NCBI RefSeq assembly: GCF_006345805.1
Contig: NC_042998.1
Location: forward strand, 111,538,001 to 111,602,000
From: Octopus sinensis
Taxonomy: Eukaryota
Direction: 5' to 3'
DNA: 64,000 bases
Position 1 is the stretch's first letter. The number at the start of each line of letters is the position of its first letter. Both the position numbers and the translations under genes were made by a program. Of the stretch, positions 39,201-52,460 are shown piece after piece. The notes beneath the pieces were generated by a model that saw only the letters and a program-made list of their open reading frames with translations, did no database searches and was not told where the DNA came from.

Positions 39201-41235
39201 GTATAGTCTCTCTCAGATAGCACTTGCTAAACAACAGCCGCAAAAATAAATGTATTAACTTAATGCTAAAAAGTGAAGCACTCTCTTCCTAATTACCTCC
39301 CATACTACCCCCAAAACAGCCGGACTAACATATCTCAAAGAAGACCTGGATATAATGTCATGATGTTGTCGCAAAAACAATATCCAATGCCATTCGGGAA
39401 AAAAAGACGGTCCTAAGATAAATATAGAGAAACTCCTTGTTGTTGAATACATACACAAACATCAACACAAGGAATACTGGTGGAAAATTCCCACCGAAAC
39501 ATCTGTCAAGTATAAGCATAAAATGCCGGATATTGTTGTTAGGAACAGACGAGGAAAATATGCAGTCATAGCGATCAGTCTCCCACTGAAAATCAAAGAG
39601 AAAGATGATAACTATGGGCAACTGCTTCGAAACCTCCAGCTTCTAAACCTAGATTACAAATTTGCATTTACGAGGGACGTCCAATAAGTAATGCCTCTGA
39701 CTCACTTGTCTTTGTTTCATCTAGCTGAAATTTTGCATGTGCAATAATTTATATCTCTATAGAGTAAGTGATAAATTACAGCTCTGAATTAATTGTGGTT
39801 TCTGATTTACAGGTGTTTGAACCGAGTCAAGTGTGAAATGGAGCCTGTTGAGTGTCGAGCAGTGATCCGGTTTTTGTATTTGAAAGGACGCACACCACGG
39901 GAGACTTTTGATGAAATGAAAGTAACTAATGGTGATGATGCCCCATCATATGACCTTGTAAAACGCTGGCATCGTGAATTCAAACATGGTCGGAACTCTG
40001 TGGAAACAGCTCCCAGATCTGGTCGCGCCCTTCTGCCATTGATGAGGCATCTGTCCGTCAAGTTGAGGCTGCCATTTTGGAAGATCGACGCATAATTATT
40101 CGCCAAATAGCCCATGAGGTCAAGATTAGTACCAGATCTGTAGAAACTATCATTCATGACCGTTTGCATATGCAAAAGGTGTCTGCCAGATGGATTCCCA
40201 GGTTGCTCACGCCTTTCCAGAAGCAAGAACCCGTCGAGTGCTCGAGGGTGAATTTGGAGATGTGCCAAGAAGATGAGTCAAAATTTTTCAAAAGACTGAT
40301 TACACAGGATGAAACCTGGGTCCATCACGATGATCCAGAGACCAAAGCCCAGTCAATGCAGTGGAAGCACCGTGACTCACCCCCTCCAAAGAAGGCAAGG
40401 GTGCAGCCCTCCGCTGGCAAGGTCATGCTCACAGTCTTCTGGGACCAGGACGGAGTAGTGATGACAGATTTCCTGGCAAAGGATACCACAATTGCAGGAG
40501 CCTATTATGCTTCACTTTTGAGGAAATTAAGAGAAGTTATCAAAATCAAGAGGCGGGGCAAGATCAGCAAAGGCATCCTCCTCCTGCAGGACAACGCTCC
40601 GGTCCACAACTCGCTTGTCGCCAGATCAGAAGCACAGGCGTATGGCTATGAACTCCTCCCCATCCTCCCCTACTTTCCTGACCTTGCACCCTCTGATTTT
40701 CACCTCTTCCCAATCATGAAGTTGTTTTTGAAAGGAAAGCGTTTCCCAGATGATGCAGCCTTGATTTCTGAAGTCACGTTCAGGTTGGAGGACCAAACTG
40801 GGTTCTTCTACAAAAACGGTCTCCAGAGCCACATCAAACGATGGGAGAAATGAGTAACTCTGGGTGGTTCCTATGTAGAAAAAAGACTAATAACTGTGCC
40901 AAGTTTCGTTGCTCTACTGCTATGGGAAGTGGGTCAGGGGCATTACTTATTGAACGCCCCTCGTATACTAATAATAATTGGTATACTTGGTTTTGTGAGA
41001 AAATGTCTAAGTGACACTCTAGATAACCTTAGATTTTCAGAAAAAGAAATCAACCAATTAACTTGCAGCTTACAAATGCAATCTGTAAATAGGACAGTCA
41101 AAATATGCAAGACATTTCCCAAGTTTAAAATGTGTCGTTGTTTTAGTTATCTATCATTCCAACGATAGAGCTTTGTATCTTCGTAAGAAACCAGCGTCTT
41201 CCTCGAAGGAATAATTTAGATAATTAAAAAAAGTT
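36255..41235 (+). mobile_element. Decayed, possibly near-full-length R4/Dong-clade LINE in (TACA)n, interrupted by mariner
   Basis: Broken RT motifs: KLHNGKAP, NYRLIACLN, WLDYRKDFDS, GIFQ..LNPLS, FFVGDLK, MEFG. RLE region KMPDIVV..GQLLRNLQLL..DYKF. TACA repeats at both ends. The 5' boundary is uncertain. Confidence 0.75.
39671..40963 (+). mobile_element. Full-length (1293 bp) mariner transposon, DD34D transposase pseudogene 39838-40890
   Basis: TA target duplication at 39669-70 / 40964-65. TIRs CGAGGG.CGT.CAATAAGTAATGCC. WIPRLL, TQDETW, QDNAPVH, PYFPDLAPSD (34-aa D-D spacing). Frameshift near 40030 and premature stop at 40851. Confidence 0.95.
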
Positions 41236-42309
41236 CATACATACATACAAAACACATAAATTCATAAGCTTATGTACATACATATATAACACTATGGAAT
41301 GAGCACGTGTACATTTGAACGGTCTAAACACCAGTCTTATCAGCAAAACAAAAAAAAATCAAACCACACAAGCTAAAAATTGCCGCCCAAAAACCAGCTA
41401 GAACATTATGCATAAGATACATAATACATGGCTGTCTCAATAAAGATCACTGCGCCACCAAACAATATTATAATACCTGTGAAGGCTTGGCGAAAGAAGT
41501 ATGGGGCTGTACAGTGGATCTGTCAACAAAATGATCTTAGAATCAATAAGAAAGACCATGGCTGTAGTGTTATCAGAGAAAAGTGCTGCATAGAAGGGTT
41601 ATCAAAGCATTTAATTAGCCAAAGTTCCATACCCACTTACAGCCGCTATTCAATGCCTTACAAAAACACAATGCATTTCAGAAGCGGCAACAAACAAATC
41701 AAATATGGCTCCACACATTATCAAAAAGGCATCCTCCCTCTTGTTATCTGGTTAAACTTATTATACCTAGTATCAGGCTATGAATGGCTACAGTCATTAA
41801 GGAAGTATTCCATTAACTATTTCAAATAAGCGATTAATCAAAATCAATCTGCGATTTAAATCCCAATGTCCGACAATTTCTCCTTTCTGTTGCTATCAGA
41901 ATGGATCTTATGTGTCTTCTGTACTAGAGATTCTTCAGTTATATTACTATTACCTAGGCTGAATGCGGCCAGCAGCATTGTAGAAATGTCACTTTTCCAA
42001 TTTTTGAAGAATGATGAGGGGAGTGTACCAAGTTTTAATTCACATAAACTGATACATTATTTCCAAAAGAAAATCAACTGAAATTCAAACGGAAATGACG
42101 CATTAAAACGAATCTGTTTTAGAGAACTCTAAAAGAATCAGAAATGTAATTATGGCACATGTCGATATTTGTTTTAAGCATAACCCAACTCTAAGTCTCG
42201 CCTACGTTTCAAACCAACCATTTTTAGCAGACTACCTTCTTTAAAACAATTTTAACTCGAAAGAAAGTGGTATGCATTCATGTTTATTTTTTTAATAATT
42301 ATTTTTACT

Positions 42310-42868
42310 CTACGCACAAAACGTTGAAAATTTGGTGAGGAAGAGGGATAATCGATTGCATCGACCCCACTGTGTAACTGGTACTTATTTAATCGCCCCG
42401 GAAGGTTGAAAGGGAAAGTCGACATCGGTGGAATTTGAACTCAGACCGTAGCTGCAGACGAAATACCTATTTCTATTGTCCACAGAGAGGGCAAACAAGG
42501 ACAGACAAACGGATTAAGTCGATTATATCGACCCCACTGCGTAACTGGTCCTTTATTTATCGACTCCCAAAGGATGAAAGACAAAGTTGACCTCGGCGGA
42601 ATTTGAAATCAGAACGTAGCGGCAGACGAAATACCTATTTCTTTACTACCCACAAGGGGCTAAACACAGAGAGGACAAACAAGGACAGACAAACGGATTA
42701 AGTCGATTATATCGACCCCACTGCGTAACTGGTATTTATTTGATCGACCCCGAAAGGATGAATGACAAAGTCAACCTCGGCAGAATTTGAACTCAGAACG
42801 TAACGGCAGGCGAAATACCGCTAAGCATTTCGCCCGGCGTGCTAACGTTTCTGCCAGCTCGCCACCTT
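42310..42868 (-). mobile_element. SINE family 2 with triplicated internal segment
   Basis: Units start at 42360, 42527 and 42711 (ATCGACCCCACTG..). Head ends at 42868. Confidence 0.85.
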
Positions 42869-42909
42869 GATTATGCTTATGTTTTTTTAATAATATTATA
42901 AACAGCATT

Positions 42910-43110
42910 AAGGCGGCGACTGGTAGAAATGTTAGCATTTAGTGGCATTTTGTCTGTCTCCATGTTCTGAGTGCAAATTCCGCCGAAGTCAACTTTGTCT
43001 TTCATTCTTCCTGGCTCGATAAAACAAGTACTATTTGCGCACTGGAGTCTATTTAATTGACTTGCCCTTCTCCTGCAATTGCTGGCTTTGTGCCAAAATT
43101 TGAAACCAGT
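42910..43110 (+). mobile_element. SINE family 2, diverged
   Basis: AAGGCGGCGA.CTGG.AGAAA..GTTCTGAGT.CAAATTCCGCCGA.GTC.ACTTTG..GTGCCAAAATTTGAAACC. Confidence 0.75.
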
Positions 43111-43790
43111 TGGAGAATTAACAGCATCTTTCACCGTCACCACACAAGCAAATTACCAATTTTGATGTTGCTGCTGATTTCTGCTATAAGAAGTCTGACG
43201 TACAGTTGTCGGTATTTAAATAAATAAATATCAAATTCAATCATCAATACTAGTTCATATCATTCGAATGCACAAGTGAACTTTTTTTATTTTAAATATA
43301 CGATACGTTAAAGAAAATAATAAATAAAGCTATTCCAGCTACTCACACCCTCCTATGAAAAAGAACGATCAGTAAAAGAAATTTTGACGGGCTAAATGGA
43401 TAAAAACAATTCCAAAGATCTTGTTCCGATATGCATGTAAGTTTCTAGATTTAAAAATAAAAACAAAAATTAGTCTACTTCAGTGTCGATCTGTTATTCA
43501 TGCCATAGAAATACAGTGACATATTGGAAATCCATTAGACAACAAATTTTTAACAACCTAACTTATACCAACAGACCTAAAATGTTACCAAAACAAAAAG
43601 CTGCTGTAACAAGAATCGGAATGCCTTCCGACTCCGCCCTTAAGCTCCTACAATACAACTTCTATGTTGTCATGTGCAAGGTGTCCCAAAAATATATACA
43701 CATACATAAAATAATGAATTCAGTGCGTATTAATATACATTTCATTTTCAAAAATTTGACAGAATCTACAGACTGAATTTTATTATTTTA

Positions 43791-46425
43791 CTAGCATTGG
43801 CCGGGATTAAGTTAGGATTATTGAGCTAATCAAGTGCTTTGTTTCAAACCAAACTAAGTAACACCGACGTCAAATTGAAATTGGTAAACGAAATCTATTG
43901 AAATTGGTAAACGTTTGGCTGAAAATGGGTTGCGGACAATTTGATTGAGAAATCCCATACGGTATCGGTTTATCGATTGTTGTTTTGGGGGATTTTTTTT
44001 AGAACTTAAAGCAGTTAAATATCCCATGAGTCCATAGTAACGCCGGCATCAAGTTTGAACAAAATACGTCAAAAGTGGTAAAAGTTATGGTTGAAAATGG
44101 GGTGTAGCCAATTTTAGTGGGAAATCCTATAAGGAATCAGTTTATCGATTTTTCATCCTGATTGTATGGAAAACCCCATAAGGAATTGGTTTATTGATTT
44201 TTCAGCCCAAATAGGACTTAACCGAACACAACATTGCTGATTCAAAAGATCTATACTTTAAAGTTGGTTTTCACACCCAACCCAGTTCTGCAGAATCAGT
44301 GTCGTCACGGGAGCGCATGTGTTGGGAGTTTGATCGGCAGAGGTGATCAGGTTGCACATGCTGGCCCTTTCAAATCACCTAAAACCCCCTCCTTTGGCCC
44401 ATGTGTTGGGAACCCTTCCGGCAAGGAAAATAGAACGCCCAAAAGGGCTCCTAATCTTGTGTCAGAAGAGGTTATGTTCAGATCACAACTAAGCCTTAAC
44501 CTAAGCCTAAGCTAACCTAGCGAAAGAGGGCTCAGGTGATTCTAAAAGGCGGCTACTAATCCCTATCTAGTCCTAACCCCTCCTAGGGGTACTATCGGTC
44601 AAAACTGCATCGAAGATCTGCATTGGAGAAGGTTGCATCGAAGGTTTGCATTGGATAAGGATGCATCGAAGGTTTGCATTGGAGATCTGCAGTGAAGAAT
44701 GTCGACTCAAAGATTTGAATTGGATAAGTTTGCCTTAGAGATCTGCATTGGAGAAGGTTGATTCGAAGGTTTGCATTGGGGATCCGGACTGGAGTAACTT
44801 AGGAAAACTTGCCAACAGCCTTAACAAAAAGAAATAAGGGACCTGTCCCTTCTACTAACTCTATGAGCAACTTGTCCAAGCACTGATATCGGCCGAGTGA
44901 GCATTGTTGTTGAAGAAGTCAGCATTGTCTAATAAAGAAGAGGAAGAGTCTATGAATTATGTTGCCATAGTTTGAGAATATGTCCGGCCAACGCTTCCGG
45001 ATCACCTGTTTATAATTACATCGGCTGCAGTGATGACTTGTTCTTCTTTCTACGTCTATAAAACGTCGCTATAGACAACATTGCGTTTCTGCCCTGAGGA
45101 GCATACACAAAAAGAGCGTTTCTACTCCCCACACGGGAGCAGGCCACATAAAGTTGCCCATGTGAAAAGCACGGCTTCCCCCAAATGGATGCCGGCCACC
45201 GAGTGTTTGGCCTTGTGATTTGTTGATGGACATGGCAATCTGCGGAAGTTAAACGGCATGTCTGACCCCGAGGGATAAAGGTGCATCCTTGAAATGAAAA
45301 CATTTTCCCCCTCCCGCACCCTGTAACAATGGTAGCCTCAATAAACTTAGGCGTCAGGGACTTAACTACCAAGCGGTTCCCGTTGCACTGTACCGGCGGA
45401 TAAAGCGTGTACTCTTTATCCCATTTGAGTTTTATTGAATGATCGTGTAAAATTTTTTTTAACAATAGGATATATTGTAAGTCTACACACACACACAAAC
45501 ACACACTTGGTGCTATTGTTGTTGTGATGCGTGTACTCTTTATCCTATTTGAGTTGTTCTTTTGAGTGGCAGGAGATAAGTTTCAGCAAACTTGAATAGC
45601 ATTTTCGGAACTCATTTCTAATGTTGAAATGCCACATATCAAAAAATGCTTTAAATCACATCAGAAAGAAAATGGCTACAGCACGAAGTCATCGATTTGC
45701 TTCGACCACCGAGAAAGCAGAAGTACGTACAGAGAATTTCATAAACATAAATGAATGGAAAGAATGTTGCGGCTGAACAAAGATTATCGTGAGGTTTCTA
45801 GCGAATAGTAATAAAAAATAAGTCTAGTAAAGAATTTAAATATTAAAGGAAAGAAAAACTAAGGAACAAAATGTGCTAGTTGCTAATTACATCGTCATTA
45901 GGTTTTGTTTTCTAATTAAATAAACCAACATTAATTATCTTACATTCAAAATTTCATTTAAAATGAAATATATAGAAAAATTAAATATATACATAGTGTA
46001 TACTATATGTATACTGTATATACATTTCTTTCAGAGCGGTTGATCTTTGTTTTTCTGTATAATTAAAACTATATGTATATTTCTTTCAGATCACACGAAC
46101 TCACATAAAGAATCTGGCAAACCAAATCCAAAAACGGAATAGTTTATCTTTGTTTTTCTGTATAATAGTCGCCATTGCAGGGTACTTAGCTCATGTTAGC
46201 AAACAACGGATTTCACCGACGTAAAAACTGGTAAAAGTTACGGATGAAAATCGATTTTTACTGCTAACCGAGGGGAAAATAAGTTGACAAAACCCAGCTA
46301 GGGTCGAATTGGAGCGATATGCATGCTAATTTGTGGACGTGCATAAATAACATTCACGTACACGTACACACACACACACACACCACACACACACACACAC
46401 ATCCTGCCTTTTATAGATATACAGA
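43791..46425 (-). mobile_element. Composite non-autonomous Helitron containing a Pif1-like helicase fragment (about 45030-45400)
   Basis: A|TC..ATAAAAGGCAGGATGTGTG 5' end at 46425 and CTAG|T 3' end at 43791. Helicase motifs CNG.RLVV.SL..IEATI.TG, T.NKS.G.., PCFSHGQLYVACSRVG. Confidence 0.7.
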
Positions 46426-46599
46426 TGAACGCCTATTTTCAAACTAATTACAGTTCTGCTGATAACGCGAAATAATGAAATTGCAGCTACCAAGAAACAC
46501 TTCATTCGGTATTTGTGTGCATTCTCGTTCAATCGCTGCTCTCAGTTTGTCGACTGTTGCTAATTTTGTATTTTAAGTTTTATCCTTTATGTATTCCTA

Positions 46600-47505
46600 T
46601 AAAAATAAATTTCGAGCTCTGGTGAACTCGGAGGGTATTCTACTGAACCCCTTCACCCAATTCATCTATTCGGCAAAATCTCATCCTTTGTCAGTGTAGG
46701 AGTGCTGGAAATAAGACTCCACATTTTCATAGTCCTCTTGAATGCTTGACATGACAGTTTCAACTGAATTAAGTAAAAGGGACCGGTCACAGTACCATCG
46801 AAAAAGAATAGTCGAGTTAATCCTTTTGATGATAAGTCACACCATACTGTATCACCTGGTAAATTAACATGGTGGTCCTCCGCAATATGTGGTTTCTTAG
46901 TGTAATAGTGTACAATAGCAGCAGATAACTTGAGCTATTTGATTTAAATGTAACCTTGTCACTCCCAACAATCTTTGTCGGCAAGTGTGCATCGTCTAAG
47001 CATCGCGCTAACTAACTCTTCGGTCTTCGGTCTGAATCATTTTCATTGAGAGTATGAACTATTTTTAAAATGTAAAGTTTCAAATGGGAGCACATCAAAA
47101 TGTGATGAACGCCTGATTTTGAAATTCCTATCCCTCACTCGCTTTCCACACAGACGTTACTGAACTCGGGAAAGACATTTCTAGTGCTCTTTCTTTCTTT
47201 GTGTGGTGTCGATGTCCTCGGTCTTTCGGAACGTTTCTTGTGAAATTCTGAGTATTTCTATCTCCTTAAAATTTATCTCTAATTGGGTGATGGTATGTCA
47301 CTAGGTAGGCCTGCTTGAATCCCCCTCTTAAACTACCTGAGTATTTTGACTGCGGTTTCAAACTTCCAGTAGCACTTTAGGCTAATTTTCATTTATCCAA
47401 AGCTTAATCTGATTTCCTTCATTATTTCTGATATTTTCTCAAAAGAAATTAAAATTCAGTTATCAACTGTTAAAGTACATATACACTTTGGGCAGACACT
47501 CTGTA
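46600..47505 (-). mobile_element. Heavily decayed Tc1/mariner-superfamily transposase (rosa/DD41D-like by motif style)
   Basis: TIR-like TACAGAGTGTCTGCCCAAAGT at one end. Broken [54 protein letters not shown]. Confidence 0.5.
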
Positions 47506-47534
47506 TATGTGAGAGCTGCATTCAAACTTTTGAA

Positions 47535-47598
<64 letters not shown>

Positions 47599-48818
47599 AC
47601 GAGAGAAAAGTGAATGGAGGTGTTGTTTTATCGTACAATCTTCAATAAACAATACAATCCTTGCTCATCGCTGCAAAATAACAACGACGGGGATTCTGTG
47701 TCATCATATATATGTGAAAATCTCACGTCAAATATTGAAATAAAAGCAAGAATTCTCTTTCGCCTAATAAACTTCACCCACATTAAAATTTGAAGCCATT
47801 GAAATGGAATGCTCTAAAAACTCATTTGGAAAAAGAAAAGAACTGACTAAGGCTTATTACTAAAACAGAATTCAATATAAGCTGCATGGCCATAAACTTT
47901 TTAAAGATTCATTATTTTTCTCAGCATTGATGATCACCGGGGTTTCTCATGAACTTCCTATTAGCCTTTGGTAATAAAAAGCTTCTTCACGACTACAATA
48001 CGGCAGCAATTTAACATTCAAAGGTACGCAAATATTCAATTGCCTCCCAGCCTTCTTATCAAGCTTAAGTACAGTTTCCTCTGAGATTTTTATTAGATAC
48101 ATAGACACGTTTCTTCTTGTATGTTTGATCAGCCAGCTACAAAAGCCTAAAGCAAAGCCGGCAAATTCCACCATATTTTAGATCCAACAATTAAAAATTC
48201 CATGCAAATGGATAAATAAAACTCCTAAAATTTAGTACCCCAAGATATGCAGACACAATAGAAGCAGAACATTTAGCCATAAGGGCAGTGTTTTAGCGTG
48301 GCCTCAACCATGATGGCTATAGTTAAAATGAATTGTATTTTTATATCTGTATGTATATAGTTATATACGCGTGTGTGTACGTGTGTGTGTGTGTGTGTGT
48401 GTGTACGTGTGTGTGTGTGTGTGTATGTGTACGTGTGTGTGTGTGTGTGTGCGTGTGTGCGTGTATTTATATATACTTAAACATCACCATAAGGTGAGTT
48501 GAGTATGTGATTGTTTATTGCGCACAACAATCGGACATTTTACTGGTTTAATCTCGATGTTCAGCTTGACTTTTTTATCATTTCCTTCCATTGTATTTCT
48601 GAAATGACTTCCATACAAGTATATTACTATACACTCTTTTTCTCCCTCTCTATCACTGTATTTGTATCTTTTCTCTCTCATTCTCTCTCTCTCTCTCCGT
48701 TATAATTGTTATCTGATTTTTTCATCAGAATTGAGAGAAAATGATTGAAAATGACAGAACCGTTCTTCCTATTCTATAGTCGCAAACATACACACACAGG
48801 CATACACTAGAAGACACA

Positions 48819-48870
<52 letters not shown>

Positions 48871-49083
48871 TATTCCCATGTGATGTATGCATGTGTATAT
48901 GTCTATGTGCGTTTGCACATATATATATATATATAATATATATATATTATACATATATATATATATATAATATACACACAACACACACACATACATATTT
49001 CCATTTTATATTTTATATACATAGTATATATATTATATATATATAATATATATATATATATCCATTTTATATTTTTAGTCATA

Positions 49084-49121
<38 letters not shown>

Positions 49122-49263
49122 CATAAATGTGTGAGCATATATATGGCTTCGGCTATGTACTATTGCATACGTATGTATGTTATGTATCTAGATATAATTT
49201 GTTTTAGAACATCAATCTAAACACCGATAAGCTCTTTCTTTGATAGTATCTAAATAGACATAA

Positions 49264-49296
<33 letters not shown>

Positions 49297-49779
49297 TAGG
49301 CCTGCATATCCATGCACATACTCAAGTACACATATGCACACACCTTTGTATACGCACATACAAGCATATACCTAAACACCAAACACATGCATATGCACAC
49401 ACAGGCACACACACGAACGCACACACACACACACACACACACACAAACATTTGTAATAATATAATAAATGTATAACAGGCGTGAAGTATCCATTTTCTAA
49501 AATACACATCTTCGTATTTATTTATACCGACGAATTTATATTCTCACAAGCAATAGCATTATTACACACTTGCTTACACACTATACATAGGTAGAAAAAC
49601 ACGCACACACACACACAAACACACACACACACACACACACCACACACACACACACACACAAACACACAAACACACAAACACACACCACACATACACAGAC
49701 AAACACACTAACATACACACATATTTCAGAAATATACCAACACAATTAGTCTATATGTATGTATGTATGTATATATATA

Positions 49780-49817
<38 letters not shown>

Positions 49818-49936
49818 ATATATCTTTAACTTATACATATATATATCATATATTTACATATATAATATATATATATAAATATATGCATATACACACATAA
49901 TTTTATACATACACGTTTGTGTATGTATGTATGTAC

Positions 49937-49976
<40 letters not shown>

Positions 49977-50727
49977 TCGTATATGCTCACACGCATACCG
50001 TTGTTGAATTTGCATTTAAATACTATTCTCACCTCAAGTATTGTAATATCAAAACACAAATTCTTATAGGTTTTTTTTTCTTTAATCATTTATTTGTTAT
50101 CACCGTACACAATGAATGTTTCTTGATATCGTGAATGCATCAATATATCACTCCCTTTTTACACAGAGATACGCACGCATACAAATGTATGCACACACGT
50201 ATACACATTCATATATGTGGGAGTTTGTAAATGTCAGAGTGTGTATGTATGTGTGTGTATGTATGTATGTATATGTGTAAGCTCGTGTGTAGGGTGTATG
50301 TGTGGATGGGCATGTGTGTGTGTGTAGACGCATATGTACATATGTATTTTACTTGTTTTATCATAGGGCACAAAAGTGCTATTCTATTAGCAGTGTCTAT
50401 AGAGATATATACTCTATAGATATATATACTCAAAGAGAGACAGAAGAAAGACAAACAGACAGATAGATAGATACATACATACATACATACATACATGCAT
50501 GCATGCATGCATACATACATACATGCATACATACATACATGCATACATACATACATACATACATACATACATACATACATACATACATACATGCATACAT
50601 GCATACATACATACATACATGCATACATGCATACATACATACATACATGCATACATACATACATACACACATACATACATATGTACAGGCAGACAAACAC
50701 TCGTTTCGATGTATGCGAGTGTGTGTA

Positions 50728-50768
<41 letters not shown>

Positions 50769-52031
50769 CATATACATCTATCTTACCAAACGCACACACT
50801 TTTATATATACATGCATACGCGCGCACACATATTCTAATAGATAGATATACATTTACAGATGTGTGTGCTCGTGCTGCTGTATAACTGTGTGTATGTTTG
50901 TAAATATGGAAATGTCGTTGAGAATATAACGACTCTTGTCTCAAAGTATAAACTTGTATATTATATATGCTCATAAACACATGTATGCATGTATGCGTTT
51001 CATAAACATTGTTTTACACTTTAATATGTGTTTAGAATATACGCATTAATATATACTTATTTTTATTGTAAGCTCTCATACGCGAACATTGATGTAAGCA
51101 CGTTTATTATATATAGTACATTTATACAAATAGTAATGCATATATGTGTGTTATAAGCACTCATACATACACATCTTTGTTGAGATATACATAATACTGA
51201 TATCAATGTTTATATAAAAGTGTCACACATCTGCGTAGCAAATGTAAATATTAAATATTTACTTTGACAGTAAATACCAGTTAGTAAAATAACAGATTCT
51301 GTTGAAGAGATAAAATAATCAAACTAGTCGCTATAACAATGCGATAATATCTCAATGTACGGATACGTGTTTTACTTATCTATATCAATACGTGTGTACG
51401 CACACCTGTTCATATTGATGACACAGAAACAGTGATATGCAATTTGGATAATACCTAACAATTTTGAATATTCAATTTATACACATGCATTTATTACCTT
51501 CAGAGTTTTACGTTTCCACGCAGTTTTCTCAGTTTTGTTGTGGCGGTTCTTTATAGAAGAAGGCTATGGTATTTCGATCTCCGGGGAAAAATGTGTACCA
51601 ATAGAATAAAAGGAAATAATTCAAGTCCTGATTTTGAAATGTAGATACAGATAAATATACGCTTATATTCAGTTCGATCAAATGAATTATCCTTTCTGTA
51701 AAAATTATCATGCAAAGTGGATGAAACTTCTAAGGACATGTGTGTGGCCGTAACGTAAAACTAGGTCTTTAAATTACAGAACAATCCATTCAATGGGCTT
51801 CCAAACAGAAACTGTGGACCCAATTTCATTCACATTGCTTCAATCGATCTAAGACACTTAACAATTTGACCATATGTGTATCGATTGCTTTTTCTGCAAC
51901 AATACATGGAATTCAATGAACACCTATGATATATAAGTGATAGCTAATATGAAATCTTATTTAATAACAACTGGAAAATAGGATAGAAAATGTACCCTGC
52001 TTTAGTAATATACATAGACTTCGACCATATA

Positions 52032-52077
<46 letters not shown>

Positions 52078-52319
52078 GCACACACATATATATACACGTA
52101 CATACATAGTTGCATACGTACATGTATACATGTATGTGTGTATGTGAATTGTGCGTGTGCGTGTGCTGTAAACAACGTGGTAATATATTACTTTCCTTTA
52201 TGTAATACACAAAATACTATACTGGGTGTGCGTATATATATATGTATATATGTATATATATATATACACGCGCACACACGCATATTTATACATTTAGATA
52301 TATTTACATATACATGCAT

Positions 52320-52411
<92 letters not shown>

Positions 52412-52460
52412 CACAGATAGATAGATAAGTAGATAGATAAATAGATAGATAGATAGATAA

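Noticed and set aside
39807-40268. 153-aa minus-strand ORF, and the ORFs antisense to the Tx1 region
   Set aside because: Antisense shadows of the mariner and Tx1 coding frames.
42360-42800. CRISPR-like or satellite array
   Set aside because: Units are long near-identical SINE segments without unique spacers, in a eukaryotic context.
44490-44580. Interstitial telomeric repeat (CCTAAC/CCTAAG)
   Set aside because: Only a few degenerate units inside a Helitron, not a TTAGGG array.
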